IMG/VR virus record: IMGVR_UViG_3300028585_000023
Location: 370-64,369 of that record
Length of the DNA stretch: 64,000 bases
From: a virus
Reading direction: 5' to 3' (one strand)
The translations under genes and the position numbers were made by a program. Shown one piece after another: positions 27,666 through 36,578 of the stretch. Positions within the stretch are counted from its first letter, which is position 1. Each line of letters begins with the position of its first letter. Below the pieces are notes generated by a model. The model did not search any database and was not told where the DNA came from. It worked only from the letters and a program-made list of their open reading frames with translations.

Positions 27666-28079
27666 TTATTCTTCCTCTACGTAAGCAATGCCACGCATCG
27701 AACCGTTATAGATGCTTAAGGTTGGGTTTGCACGGGTAAGTAAAGCTGCAGCTGCGCGTACAGTGCAGGAGTTACGGAAATGGGGCTCGTCGTCAACAAA
27801 TGCCTTGGCGAGCTTTGGAATAAAATCTTCCCATTCAGTGTCGCTATAAATGAAGTGTACCGTGGGGGTATCGCCGTCATCGATAACATCAATTAAAGTT
27901 TCTACTTTGTGACGGTTACACAATGTGTCATTACTGTCACGAAATACATCACGATGAGTAGCCGAATGTAACCAAGTTTCGACCCGTTCGAAGTCAACTT
28001 CGTGGTAAGGGTCTTTGATGATTAGGGCAATGGATTTCTGTGCAGAAGGTTCTGATAATACAACAACGAGTGAACGCAT
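27666..28079 (-). CDS. Hypothetical protein
   Basis: Likely start MRSLVV at 28079 with AGGA SD. Confidence 0.7.
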   Translation of the reverse strand: MRSLVVVLSEPSAQKSIALIIKDPYHEVDFERVETWLHSATHRDVFRDSNDTLCNRHKVETLIDVIDDGDTPTVHFIYSDTEWEDFIPKLAKAFVDDEPHFRNSCTVRAAAALLTRANPTLSIYNGSMRGIAYVEEE

Positions 28080-28098
28080 GGTTAATTTCCTTTTGATT

Positions 28099-28126
28099 GG
28101 CATAAAAGGAGGGCCAAAGCCCTCCT
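28099..28126 (-). terminator. Hairpin + TTTTATGCC terminator closing the RNA-ligase operon
   Basis: AGGAGGGC-TTTG-GCCCTCCT then TTTATGCC. Confidence 0.85.
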
Positions 28127-28131
28127 ATAGT

Positions 28132-28452
28132 TTACTCGGCAGGTGAAGTACCGCGTGGGATAACCTTCATACCGCCTGCATGACGAATGGCCACATAACC
28201 TTTCGGTGCGGCACCACCTTCAAGAACAGGCGCTGGCATAGTGAGCTCTTCGATAGAGATTTCAACCTTATCAGCGATCTCTGGTAAGATGTCAATACCC
28301 ACGAAGTTTTCTGCTTCAGAGGCGGCGTTAGAAAGCAGCTTAGGTTCGATACCCGCTTCTTTCAATGCTTTCTCAATCACTGCAATGACAGCAGTCTTAG
28401 CCGAATTATGTTCACCGGCAACAAAGATAGTGACTTGCTTTTTATTTGACAT
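28132..28452 (-). CDS. Small protein with degenerate P-loop-like motif
   Basis: Start MSNKKQV at 28452, 2 nt after the rtcB stop; VTIFVAGEHNSAKT. Confidence 0.6.
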   Translation of the reverse strand: MSNKKQVTIFVAGEHNSAKTAVIAVIEKALKEAGIEPKLLSNAASEAENFVGIDILPEIADKVEISIEELTMPAPVLEGGAAPKGYVAIRHAGGMKVIPRGTSPAE

Positions 28453-28454
28453 GA

Positions 28455-29693
28455 TTAACCCTTCACGCAAAGAATCTGTTTCAATATATACTTGATTTTC
28501 ACCAAGTCATCCTGGGAACGCATGACATCGTCAATTGACTTATACGCTTTTGGCGTTTCATCAATCACACCGGCATCTTTACGACACTCAACACCCGCCG
28601 TGTCGCGAATATGATCTTCGACACTGAACTTATTGTTTGCGGCAGCGCGCGACATCAACCGACCAGCACCATGCGAACATGAACAGAAGCTCTCTTCATT
28701 ACCCAAACCTTCGACAATGAATGACTTAGCACCCATGCTACCAGGGATAATCGCCAGATCACCTACACGGGCACGAACTGCGCCTTTACGGGTTACCAGT
28801 ACATTGGCATTAAAGTGGTTTTCCATTGCCACGTAGTTGTGATGGCAGTTAACCGCAATGGTGCTTTCCGTAAACGGTTTAGCAATAGTTGTGTGTAGTG
28901 CCTTAAGTGTTGCACTCAGCATGATTGCGCGATTGACTGCAGCGAAGTCCTGCGCCCAGCTAACTGCTTCCAGGTAGTCGTGGTAATACTGAGAGCCCTC
29001 TGGAAGATAAGCCAGATCCTGATCCACTAGGTGAATGAAGAAGCGCGCCATCTCTTCTTTGGCTTTCTCAATAAAGTACTTACCAATACTGTTACCAATG
29101 CCGCGCGAGCCAGAGTGTAACATTACCCACACCCGTTGCTCCTCATCAAGACAGATTTCAACGAAATGGTTACCGCTACCCAGTGTGCCGGCATGGCGAG
29201 CAAAGCGCGAACTGGCTTTCAGTAACTTAGGATGCTTACCAGTGATTGTCTTCAAGCGATCCTGAAGTGCAATCAACGCGTCCTTATGCACCTGGTCGAG
29301 ATTCATACTGAATTCGGTCCCCCAGGCACCACGATCGTTAGCACCACCGTTATCAGTACGGCCATGCGGAATACCTGCTTCAATACGAGAACGCAGCGGA
29401 GCGAGGTTATCAGGCAGATCAGCTGCAACCAACGAGGTCTGCTGAGCGATCATCCCACAACCGATATCCACACCGACTGCAGCGGGGATAATCGCACCTT
29501 TGGTTGCAATGACAGAGCCGATAGTTGCACCCATCCCCCAGTGGACATCCGGCATGACGGCCAGGTGTTTATAAATGAATGGCAGAGTTGCCAAATTCTT
29601 TAACTGGACTTCAGCACGTTCTTCGACAGGAACAAACTTTGTCCACATCTTGATCGGCACTTGCTGTCCTCCGAGTTCGATAATATTTGACAT
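28455..29693 (-). CDS. rtcB: RtcB RNA ligase (3'-phosphate or cyclic phosphate to 5'-OH)
   Basis: MPDVH, VGVDIGCG, GTLGSGNHFVE, HSGSRG, HHNY, RKGA, PGSMG, SCSHGAGR, DETPKAYK. Confidence 0.97.
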   Translation of the reverse strand: MSNIIELGGQQVPIKMWTKFVPVEERAEVQLKNLATLPFIYKHLAVMPDVHWGMGATIGSVIATKGAIIPAAVGVDIGCGMIAQQTSLVAADLPDNLAPLRSRIEAGIPHGRTDNGGANDRGAWGTEFSMNLDQVHKDALIALQDRLKTITGKHPKLLKASSRFARHAGTLGSGNHFVEICLDEEQRVWVMLHSGSRGIGNSIGKYFIEKAKEEMARFFIHLVDQDLAYLPEGSQYYHDYLEAVSWAQDFAAVNRAIMLSATLKALHTTIAKPFTESTIAVNCHHNYVAMENHFNANVLVTRKGAVRARVGDLAIIPGSMGAKSFIVEGLGNEESFCSCSHGAGRLMSRAAANNKFSVEDHIRDTAGVECRKDAGVIDETPKAYKSIDDVMRSQDDLVKIKYILKQILCVKG

Positions 29694-29702
29694 TACTAAT
29701 CC

Positions 29703-31034
29703 TTAGTCTTCGCTTAAGAGATATTTGTTACTGATTACCTTGAACGAGAAGTCCCGTGTCAACGATTTGTAAACCACGCCTTCACGATTGGGCTTACCGG
29801 AATAGAAGCGTTTACCGTCTGCCTTGGCCAACACTTCCTTAATAGTAGCCGGCAACGTAGTGACTTCTTCCAGAACAGGAACGTACTTCAGTCCCAGACG
29901 TGTGCATACGTTGCGTGCCTGCTCAGGTGACAGGGCCATGGTACCGTTGACGTATACACGGTAGACATTGAAGGAGACTTTATCTACACCTTCGTAGTTT
30001 CCCTGGATACCCGGTCCAAAGAGCTCGCCCTGAACGGTATACTCGCAACGGTCCATTACTGACAGCGCACCGAGCTTAGTCAGAATGCCATTCTCGTGAG
30101 CATAGCGGAAGAAGTTATCATCCAACGCCGAGATAACACGCTCTACACGAGGCAGACCCACATTGATGATGTCACGCAGTTCATTGCTATTAAAGAAATC
30201 ACGTAACCACGGGATTGGCGCTGAAGTGTATTCAGGCCAGGTAATACGTCGCCAACTAAATGCACGACGGTTACGTAGCATGAGTCCACCTACCCAACGA
30301 CGTACTGTTTGCCATGGGGTAAAGACAATATCGTCTTGACGGATTTCACAGTTACGTGAGCACACGCCGGTAATCACTTCGCCGTCGTCAATGAACGAAT
30401 AAACGGTCATTGATTCACCATCCAGTTTCACCGTGACTTCGAACTCTTCACCGGACTCTACGGCGCGCTGATACTGAGACGAGGAGTTCTGCACCCGGTT
30501 CTCTTCTGACTTACGCAGAAACGCCGGGAATGGCAACGGACTGATTTCAGGCCCACGGATACGCAATGCCAGGCGATGGTACCAACTGTATGACGGTTCA
30601 ACAGCAGTGGTGTTCTTGGAGTCTGATTTCTCATACTTCAATACACCCAGCACCATTGTCAGATCGTCGCCTTCCACACAGTTGGTTACCTTGACAACCT
30701 GCTGTGGAATAGGGATTAACAGGCCCTGTGACAGCTCTTTACGCAGCTTGATGGTTTTAATGCGAGCATACGTCTGATCGCCAAAAGACTTCAGTCCTTC
30801 TTTGCGCTCCTCTAAGAAGGCAAACTCAGGAATGCTGGTTGGGACCAAGGAATCGATCTCGCAGTACAGCGCCAGATCACCCTTGTTAAATTCACCCAGC
30901 TTGATACAGACTTGCCAGCCGCCAATAATGGCTAATGCCAGACGGTCAGCATTCGGATGTGGGATAACATCATCGATGGTCACTACACGTGCCATCTGGC
31001 GAAAGGTCTCTACAACAGCCTTTGCATCACTCAT
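29703..31034 (-). CDS. ATP-dependent RNA ligase, DRB0094/Rnl5 family
   Basis: N-terminal OB-like HPNADRL...GGWQV...EIDS...KLRKELSQGL; motif I KLDG; III QGELFGPGIQGN; IV REGVVYK; V FKVISNKYLL. Confidence 0.9.
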   Translation of the reverse strand: MSDAKAVVETFRQMARVVTIDDVIPHPNADRLALAIIGGWQVCIKLGEFNKGDLALYCEIDSLVPTSIPEFAFLEERKEGLKSFGDQTYARIKTIKLRKELSQGLLIPIPQQVVKVTNCVEGDDLTMVLGVLKYEKSDSKNTTAVEPSYSWYHRLALRIRGPEISPLPFPAFLRKSEENRVQNSSSQYQRAVESGEEFEVTVKLDGESMTVYSFIDDGEVITGVCSRNCEIRQDDIVFTPWQTVRRWVGGLMLRNRRAFSWRRITWPEYTSAPIPWLRDFFNSNELRDIINVGLPRVERVISALDDNFFRYAHENGILTKLGALSVMDRCEYTVQGELFGPGIQGNYEGVDKVSFNVYRVYVNGTMALSPEQARNVCTRLGLKYVPVLEEVTTLPATIKEVLAKADGKRFYSGKPNREGVVYKSLTRDFSFKVISNKYLLSED

Positions 31035-31837
31035 TTAATTTTTCCGTATATCTTCTTGTGAATAATCTTTAACATTTCATTGTCAGTAGATAATTTAGTT
31101 CTCCTGACAACAACCCAAAAACAACCTTCAAACAGTTTATTTAAATTAGTTTCCGGTGTTGTGACAACATCCGTTATTGAATACATACGCATCCGTGTGA
31201 CACCAACAGATAACATCGCTTTATGGAGTGTCTCAAATTCATCAGCAGTTATACCTACCTTGTCGGTCCAGTAAGTTATCTTGCTGTGCACACATCCTAA
31301 AACTTCGGCAATTTCACTCAGAGGTGTATAATTACCTCTGAACATTAATCGCCGAGTATCTCTCTTGTTACGTCCCTGTTGTTTAGTTGTCGCCCAAACA
31401 CAGTTACCAGGTTCGTAATTACCATCTGGATCAATACGTTCGATGCTGTGTTTAGGTGTTGGTCTTTTACCCATATCACGAATAAAAGCAGCATAAGAGT
31501 TTTTCCATTCGTCGGACACAATTATTCCACGTCCACCATATATGGCGTAATCTGTAGCCGAAGGGATATAACATCTTGCTTTCATGCCATTCCATACTTT
31601 AAATTCAGGGTCTTTGCAGCCGCCATGCTTGACTATTTTATCCCTCAGTTTCTCCAGGCGATAACAACCGCAAGATATTTGATGACCACCGACTATTGTT
31701 TTTACGACTCTGGAGATGACGTTGCCACAATCACAACGCCATTTCCACATGGTACGTCCTTCTTTGTTTTTACCATCGGGAGATACCGCTGTTAGTCGTC
31801 CGTACTTATTACCTACTTCTATTTCAATCTTTTTCAT
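31031..31837 (-). CDS. Free-standing HNH endonuclease (homing-endonuclease-like)
   Basis: GNKYGRLT, WKWRCDCGN, SCGC, WNGMKARC, YGGRGI, SIERIDPDGNYEPGNCVWAT..QQGRNKR. Confidence 0.88.
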   Translation of the reverse strand: MKKIEIEVGNKYGRLTAVSPDGKNKEGRTMWKWRCDCGNVISRVVKTIVGGHQISCGCYRLEKLRDKIVKHGGCKDPEFKVWNGMKARCYIPSATDYAIYGGRGIIVSDEWKNSYAAFIRDMGKRPTPKHSIERIDPDGNYEPGNCVWATTKQQGRNKRDTRRLMFRGNYTPLSEIAEVLGCVHSKITYWTDKVGITADEFETLHKAMLSVGVTRMRMYSITDVVTTPETNLNKLFEGCFWVVVRRTKLSTDNEMLKIIHKKIYGKIK

Positions 31838-31882
31838 TGCAACCTCGGTGAAGGGAACAATTAAGTTCCCGTTTTAGATTCC

Positions 31883-32233
31883 TTAGAACCGCTTAAGGGG
31901 ATTGTCCTCATCGCCGTTCATGTGTAAGTAATTATCAAGCCTGACCGATAAGACTTCGCCGACCAGTTCAGGTTTAAATGCAGCAAGTTCTTCTTTTACT
32001 TTCGAATTCCAGATATGGGTATAACGTTTTGACCCATCTGGGAATCGAGTGATAATAACGAGACTATTCTCTAACATCGGTTCATTGATTGTATCGACGG
32101 TTTGGAACGCCTGAACGATCTTGACCGCATCAATGTTTTTATTAAACAAACCGAAGAACCGTTTCAGACTGGTTATTGAATCCGGGGTCAGCTTGACTTC
32201 TTTTACTTTGAATCGAATGAATGGCATGACCAC
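31883..32233 (-). CDS. Hypothetical protein
   Basis: 116 aa, GGAGG SD. Confidence 0.7.
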   Translation of the reverse strand: MVMPFIRFKVKEVKLTPDSITSLKRFFGLFNKNIDAVKIVQAFQTVDTINEPMLENSLVIITRFPDGSKRYTHIWNSKVKEELAAFKPELVGEVLSVRLDNYLHMNGDEDNPLKRF

Positions 32234-32268
32234 CCCTCCATTAAAAGGACATCCCTGTCCATTATCAG

Positions 32269-32865
32269 TTAACTACCCAGATCGATGGTTTTCTGCTTGC
32301 CGGTTTTAAACGCTTCCTGCGTCTGGTCATCAGACACCACTTGGCAAAGTTTCGCCAGATCTTTCTTCGGGTAACCCGCCCATTTCAGGAACATGCCCTG
32401 CCAGAAGTAACCCAGGCTGTTTTCATAGTTACGACACGCAGTGAGCTTATTGCTTTGCGCAATACGGAACTCATCTTGCCCGGCGGCCATTTCGTTTTGA
32501 ATGTTCAGATACAGTTTCGAGTCAACCTGATGGTTTTGCTCTTGAATGAACTGCACCACCGCTTTCGATCCATCTTTACCATAACGGCCTTCAAACGTCG
32601 CCCGGATGATCTCTTTCAAGTCTTTGACATACATCCCAGGGATCTGAGCCATGTTCTTTATCTTGATGGTAGAGGTCGACAGCACGTTCTCTGAGTCTTT
32701 GTTCAGCTGCTCAATGCGAGACTCCGCTTGCACGCCGCCATTAGAGGCAGAGACATAACCCAGGAACAGGCTGCCCGCTATGGCCAGGACCAGTACCAGG
32801 AGACCAGCAAAGATGAAACCCACAATAGCACCAGTAGACAAACCTTTCTTGTTACCATCTTGCAT
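32269..32865 (-). CDS. Membrane-anchored helical protein (LemA-like architecture)
   Basis: N-terminal TM then helical domain. Confidence 0.7.
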   Translation of the reverse strand: MQDGNKKGLSTGAIVGFIFAGLLVLVLAIAGSLFLGYVSASNGGVQAESRIEQLNKDSENVLSTSTIKIKNMAQIPGMYVKDLKEIIRATFEGRYGKDGSKAVVQFIQEQNHQVDSKLYLNIQNEMAAGQDEFRIAQSNKLTACRNYENSLGYFWQGMFLKWAGYPKKDLAKLCQVVSDDQTQEAFKTGKQKTIDLGS

Positions 32866-33958
32866 TACGATACCCTTTATGTTTATTCATGAATTGAAAT
32901 TCGCCCATGTCGTTTTTTACGAGATAGAGACAAACCCCAATGTTCAAAAGCAGGTTGATCAGAACCGTCATGACGATTGCCCACATCGGTGGCGTAAAAT
33001 CTTCATTCAGGTATTCAAAGGTTTTATTCGGAAGTCTATTAAAACGTTCCTGAATCACGTGAAGTTGTTCGTGTACCAGATCCGCATCAAGTGTGCGATC
33101 GAGCGCTGTCGAGTTCAGTGTTTTGATCATCGACATGTTCGACTGCCCGTCTGCAAACGCATCTGCTTTAAACCAGTTCACATGATGTTCCTTGTCGATG
33201 CCGTAGACGAGTATTACATCGTTCTTACGGGCACCATCCCAGGATTCACGGAGAGCTTCATAGAAGTCCTTGCTGTAGTCGGTGATGACTACAACGATGT
33301 TGAGTTGTTTTTGTGCGCCGAGTGTGATCAGTTCCTTATTAAGGTAATCGTTGATGTAATTGAAATCATCCTTGGTAGTATTCACCACCCGGTTGAATCG
33401 GTAATAGTCGTACGTTGACGGATAGTCAGGTATACGACCTTTATAACGCGCCATAACGCCTTCTGCGGCTTTAAACCGTTCAGGGTCGAGTAAGAGGTAG
33501 TTTCGCGTCATGTGCTCGCTAGCAGCCGGTTCACCGAGTTTAACCGCCGTAAAGCGACCAGGCTCACGTAACCCCTGACGATCAACACGGTCGATAGTAA
33601 AAGTACCAACCGTTGTCTTCACATCCCAGTCAACATCAAAGGCATGGTCAGGACAATAGATTGGTGTACAATGTTTCTTACCTTTACTGTCAGTAGAACA
33701 GGTCTCACCGCACTGGTGTTCATGGGTGCAGGAAACCTTGACAGGTGCTTTTGATACAACTGCGCCATTCCAGACTTCGTGGTCAAAACTCATACCGGCT
33801 GTTGTCGCATAGAGTATCCCCACTGACAGCGCCGTCCCAATCACCACCGCGCCACCTTGCATTGTCCATTCCATGTATGTAATGCGATGTGCAAACACTG
33901 CCTTAGATAACAGAACGAGCAACAGGGACGGGATCAAAATCCAGACCAGGTAGATCAT
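32852..33958 (-). CDS. Membrane protein with large extracytoplasmic Cys-containing domain
   Basis: Two N-terminal TMs, CTHEHQCGETC...HCTPIYC loop, C-terminal TM. Confidence 0.75.
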   Translation of the reverse strand: MIYLVWILIPSLLLVLLSKAVFAHRITYMEWTMQGGAVVIGTALSVGILYATTAGMSFDHEVWNGAVVSKAPVKVSCTHEHQCGETCSTDSKGKKHCTPIYCPDHAFDVDWDVKTTVGTFTIDRVDRQGLREPGRFTAVKLGEPAASEHMTRNYLLLDPERFKAAEGVMARYKGRIPDYPSTYDYYRFNRVVNTTKDDFNYINDYLNKELITLGAQKQLNIVVVITDYSKDFYEALRESWDGARKNDVILVYGIDKEHHVNWFKADAFADGQSNMSMIKTLNSTALDRTLDADLVHEQLHVIQERFNRLPNKTFEYLNEDFTPPMWAIVMTVLINLLLNIGVCLYLVKNDMGEFQFMNKHKGYRNARW

Positions 33959-34989
33959 TTGATTTTACTCAGTCGAGTGAAGATATGCCCTGGGTGAGTT
34001 TGTGGTCCGCCAACAACATTGTATTCCAGCGCATCCAATACGTTAACACAACTGGCACCACGATCATTAAGACGCAAGACATCGCCCAGTGAGAACAGAT
34101 TACCCAGGCAATTCATCAGAGCAGGTCCGACGGTGTTATCAAGTTCAACCGTTGTAGACTGTTCTTTATGACCACCAAAATGCGGCAGTAACTCACGTTT
34201 CATGAGGCGGTTGTTAATAGGCTTAAGGGCGGTGATTGGTACTTTAGGTCCATCGTAGATACCGTCGTCACCACGGGCTTTAACGAGCTGCACACTGTAT
34301 GTCAGTGTCTTTTCATTAATGTCGGATAAACTGCTGGTTTGAAATACATAGTCGCGCCACATGTGCGAGAGGAACACCCAAAGGATCGTATCGGGAACCT
34401 GTTTTGCGGCACCGCGCAACAAGTAACCGCTATCACCAATGATAACAAGCTTAGCATCCACCTCTTCATCATGAGGATTGCTATCGCCATTCAGCGCCTG
34501 CCAGTCCGCTACCAGCTTTTGAAAGTAGGCACGTTGGTAAGCTGGTTCAAACTTCGGTTTGTCCAAATCGTCCGTCTCATCAGAGTGATGGCGGATATCC
34601 TCAGGTTTACGACTGATGATTTCTTTGCCAAACAAGAATTCTTTTAACCAAGCCATGATGCTTCCTTTTTTAATTGGCTCTACGGATTTATACTCACGCA
34701 GAGTCACAGTTAAGATGTAACGAGTGTCTTCATGACGAGTAGCAAAGCTTCTGGACATGTTGTCTTTAAGATACAGCACATCCTCACCGCTTAGCTCGTC
34801 AAGCAACAACTCCATAGACGGCCAGTGCCAGTTATCATTGTACGCGGCGTGTTCCTGCCAAGCTTTTGTCGCCACACCACGTGCAGCGAACATCAGACTG
34901 AAACGATCCATCACTGTGCTAACAGATGGCAGTTCCTCACGATCGATTTTAAATACAGTGATAAGTTCAACTTTATCACACATCACCAA
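33955..34989 (-). CDS. Hypothetical protein
   Basis: 344 aa ORF overlapping neighbours by a few bases. Confidence 0.7.
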   Translation of the reverse strand: MVMCDKVELITVFKIDREELPSVSTVMDRFSLMFAARGVATKAWQEHAAYNDNWHWPSMELLLDELSGEDVLYLKDNMSRSFATRHEDTRYILTVTLREYKSVEPIKKGSIMAWLKEFLFGKEIISRKPEDIRHHSDETDDLDKPKFEPAYQRAYFQKLVADWQALNGDSNPHDEEVDAKLVIIGDSGYLLRGAAKQVPDTILWVFLSHMWRDYVFQTSSLSDINEKTLTYSVQLVKARGDDGIYDGPKVPITALKPINNRLMKRELLPHFGGHKEQSTTVELDNTVGPALMNCLGNLFSLGDVLRLNDRGASCVNVLDALEYNVVGGPQTHPGHIFTRLSKIK

Positions 34990-35291
34990 CCCTCTTCCTT
35001 AAAGGTGCTCTGGTATACTTTGTATTCCAGCGCTACCCCGTCGAGTGTAATTGCCGTCAAAGGAATCACCCTGGCATTACCCTGCAGGGCCGCACGCATT
35101 TCATTAAGGAGTTTATCGATCACCGCCTTGTGCTCTTTGCTGGCTTCATCGAACTTAATTCGTTCTTTGTGGCACTTTGCAATTAAATCAATACGGTGAT
35201 TGATATCGAGTTCGTTCTGGTTGACGAATACCGTGATGGGTGTTTTACGCTCACCAAACACAATTAGAACGGTCATGAGTTCAAACTTCAT
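34983..35291 (-). CDS. Hypothetical protein
   Basis: 102 aa, GGAGG SD. Confidence 0.7.
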   Translation of the reverse strand: MKFELMTVLIVFGERKTPITVFVNQNELDINHRIDLIAKCHKERIKFDEASKEHKAVIDKLLNEMRAALQGNARVIPLTAITLDGVALEYKVYQSTFKEEGW

Positions 35292-35485
35292 GATTCCTCC
35301 TTATTAGTTCGGATAAATTTATACAGCGTCTCACGGACTTCGGTATCGCCCCAATCCCACATCCGAGCCATGTTGCGGATGTCCTCTGGGATCTTTGCCG
35401 CCCAGTGCGCCATTGAGGTATCAGTAGGCTCGATACCATTATCGAGTAAACCGTCCCACAGGACGTCGTGCAGATCAGGATCCAT
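35288..35485 (-). CDS. Hypothetical protein
   Basis: 65 aa, coupled on both sides. Confidence 0.65.
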   Translation of the reverse strand: MDPDLHDVLWDGLLDNGIEPTDTSMAHWAAKIPEDIRNMARMWDWGDTEVRETLYKFIRTNKEES

Positions 35486-36042
35486 TAGATTTGTTTCCCT
35501 TTGAGTTTACCTAACGCATCCGTTAGTACGGCCTTTGCAGCACGGGAGACAGACGCAAACTGCAGAGAACGGTAAAGCTCCAGCTGCTCGTTGTTGTGAC
35601 GATGTGGTGCCAGGTGCGCGAGCTCAGATGCGATCATGGTGTGTAGGAGCTCTTCAGTGCGCGGTTCGTCATGCGGAAGATCGCCTACCCAGAAATGCAG
35701 GCGGTTATTAATCCAGTCAGCAAAACCCCAGCACTGCTGTGTGCGCATATCGCTGAGTTCCTGCTCACGGGTCATCTCAACGGGCGAGCCATCGGCTAAC
35801 ACACCTTGACGAGACTGTGCCATCAGATCTTCGTAGGTCATGCCCGAGGCTTCAGCCATTGGTGCCCAGTGCGCCTGGTGAATACTCTCAGGTGTGTCAT
35901 GCCAACACACTTCAAAGGCAGGTTGATCCGGGTAAGGTACCACATCACCGATGGAATAATGAACCTCCAGCAGTTCTTCCAGGAGTGCTACCCGTTTAGC
36001 GAGTTTCCAGTTTTTAAACTTGTCGACAACTGACATGATCAT
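35485..36042 (-). CDS. Hypothetical protein with degenerate HExxH-like motif
   Basis: MIASELAHL. Confidence 0.65.
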   Translation of the reverse strand: MIMSVVDKFKNWKLAKRVALLEELLEVHYSIGDVVPYPDQPAFEVCWHDTPESIHQAHWAPMAEASGMTYEDLMAQSRQGVLADGSPVEMTREQELSDMRTQQCWGFADWINNRLHFWVGDLPHDEPRTEELLHTMIASELAHLAPHRHNNEQLELYRSLQFASVSRAAKAVLTDALGKLKGKQI

Positions 36043-36100
36043 TTCCTTTAAATAGGTTATCTGTTAAAAGATGATTCAACTTTGTTCGTAAAAACAAGAC

Positions 36101-36128
36101 GGCATAAGAGAGCCCCGAAGGACTCTCT
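36101..36128 (-). terminator. Hairpin (UUCG loop) + TTATGCC terminator
   Basis: AGAGAGTCC-TTCG-GGGCTCTCT then TATGCC. Confidence 0.82.
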
Positions 36129-36129
36129 A

Positions 36130-36417
36130 TTATAAAGTTTGTTTGTGTGATTTGTGTCTGGTAATTAAACGTATTACTTCTGCAGGCCAATAACTTGCTC
36201 GCATGAGGGCATTGGGCTGTTTGAGTAAAACCAACACCGTGTAGGTTATAACAGTGGCGAATATGGTTAATGGAATACTGATCGTCGTGCCTGCTGCTAT
36301 AAGGAACAACTCGACCGTAGTGTTTTCCGGTTCTTCCCGGTGGATGACGCGTTCCAGTAATACCAACATGACAAAGATCACTGCCGTGGCTACTAGATGG
36401 TCAAGATAGTGATACAT
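36130..36417 (-). CDS. 2-TM membrane protein
   Basis: Two hydrophobic segments; sole gene between an early-type promoter and a terminator. Confidence 0.7.
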   Translation of the reverse strand: MYHYLDHLVATAVIFVMLVLLERVIHREEPENTTVELFLIAAGTTISIPLTIFATVITYTVLVLLKQPNALMRASYWPAEVIRLITRHKSHKQTL

Positions 36418-36456
36418 GGTTACCCAACCTTATTAAGGCTATCTTATTACCTATCT

Positions 36457-36478
36457 GTAATGTAGGCTTAAAGAATTC
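36457..36478 (-). promoter_or_regulatory. Putative early promoter (CTACATTAC)
   Basis: Same motif as at 5565 and 44880. Confidence 0.65.
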
Positions 36479-36578
36479 TCGACAAAAAATAAAGGGCTGC
36501 GTGTAGAAGGGGGACAACTGTCCCCCGAACTGCTGAAGTTACACTACGGCTAAGAGGGATGAACTCTAACCATAAGAT

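Noticed and set aside
35485-36042. Zinc metallopeptidase
   Set aside because: The motif reads SELAH rather than HExxH, so the first metal ligand is absent; not called as an enzyme.
23050-36578. Known self-cleaving ribozyme (hammerhead, twister) or tRNA in the two structured gaps
   Set aside because: Core motifs (CUGAUGA/GAAA, twister loops, T-arm GGTTCGA, CCA end) not found; kept only as unclassified RNA candidates.
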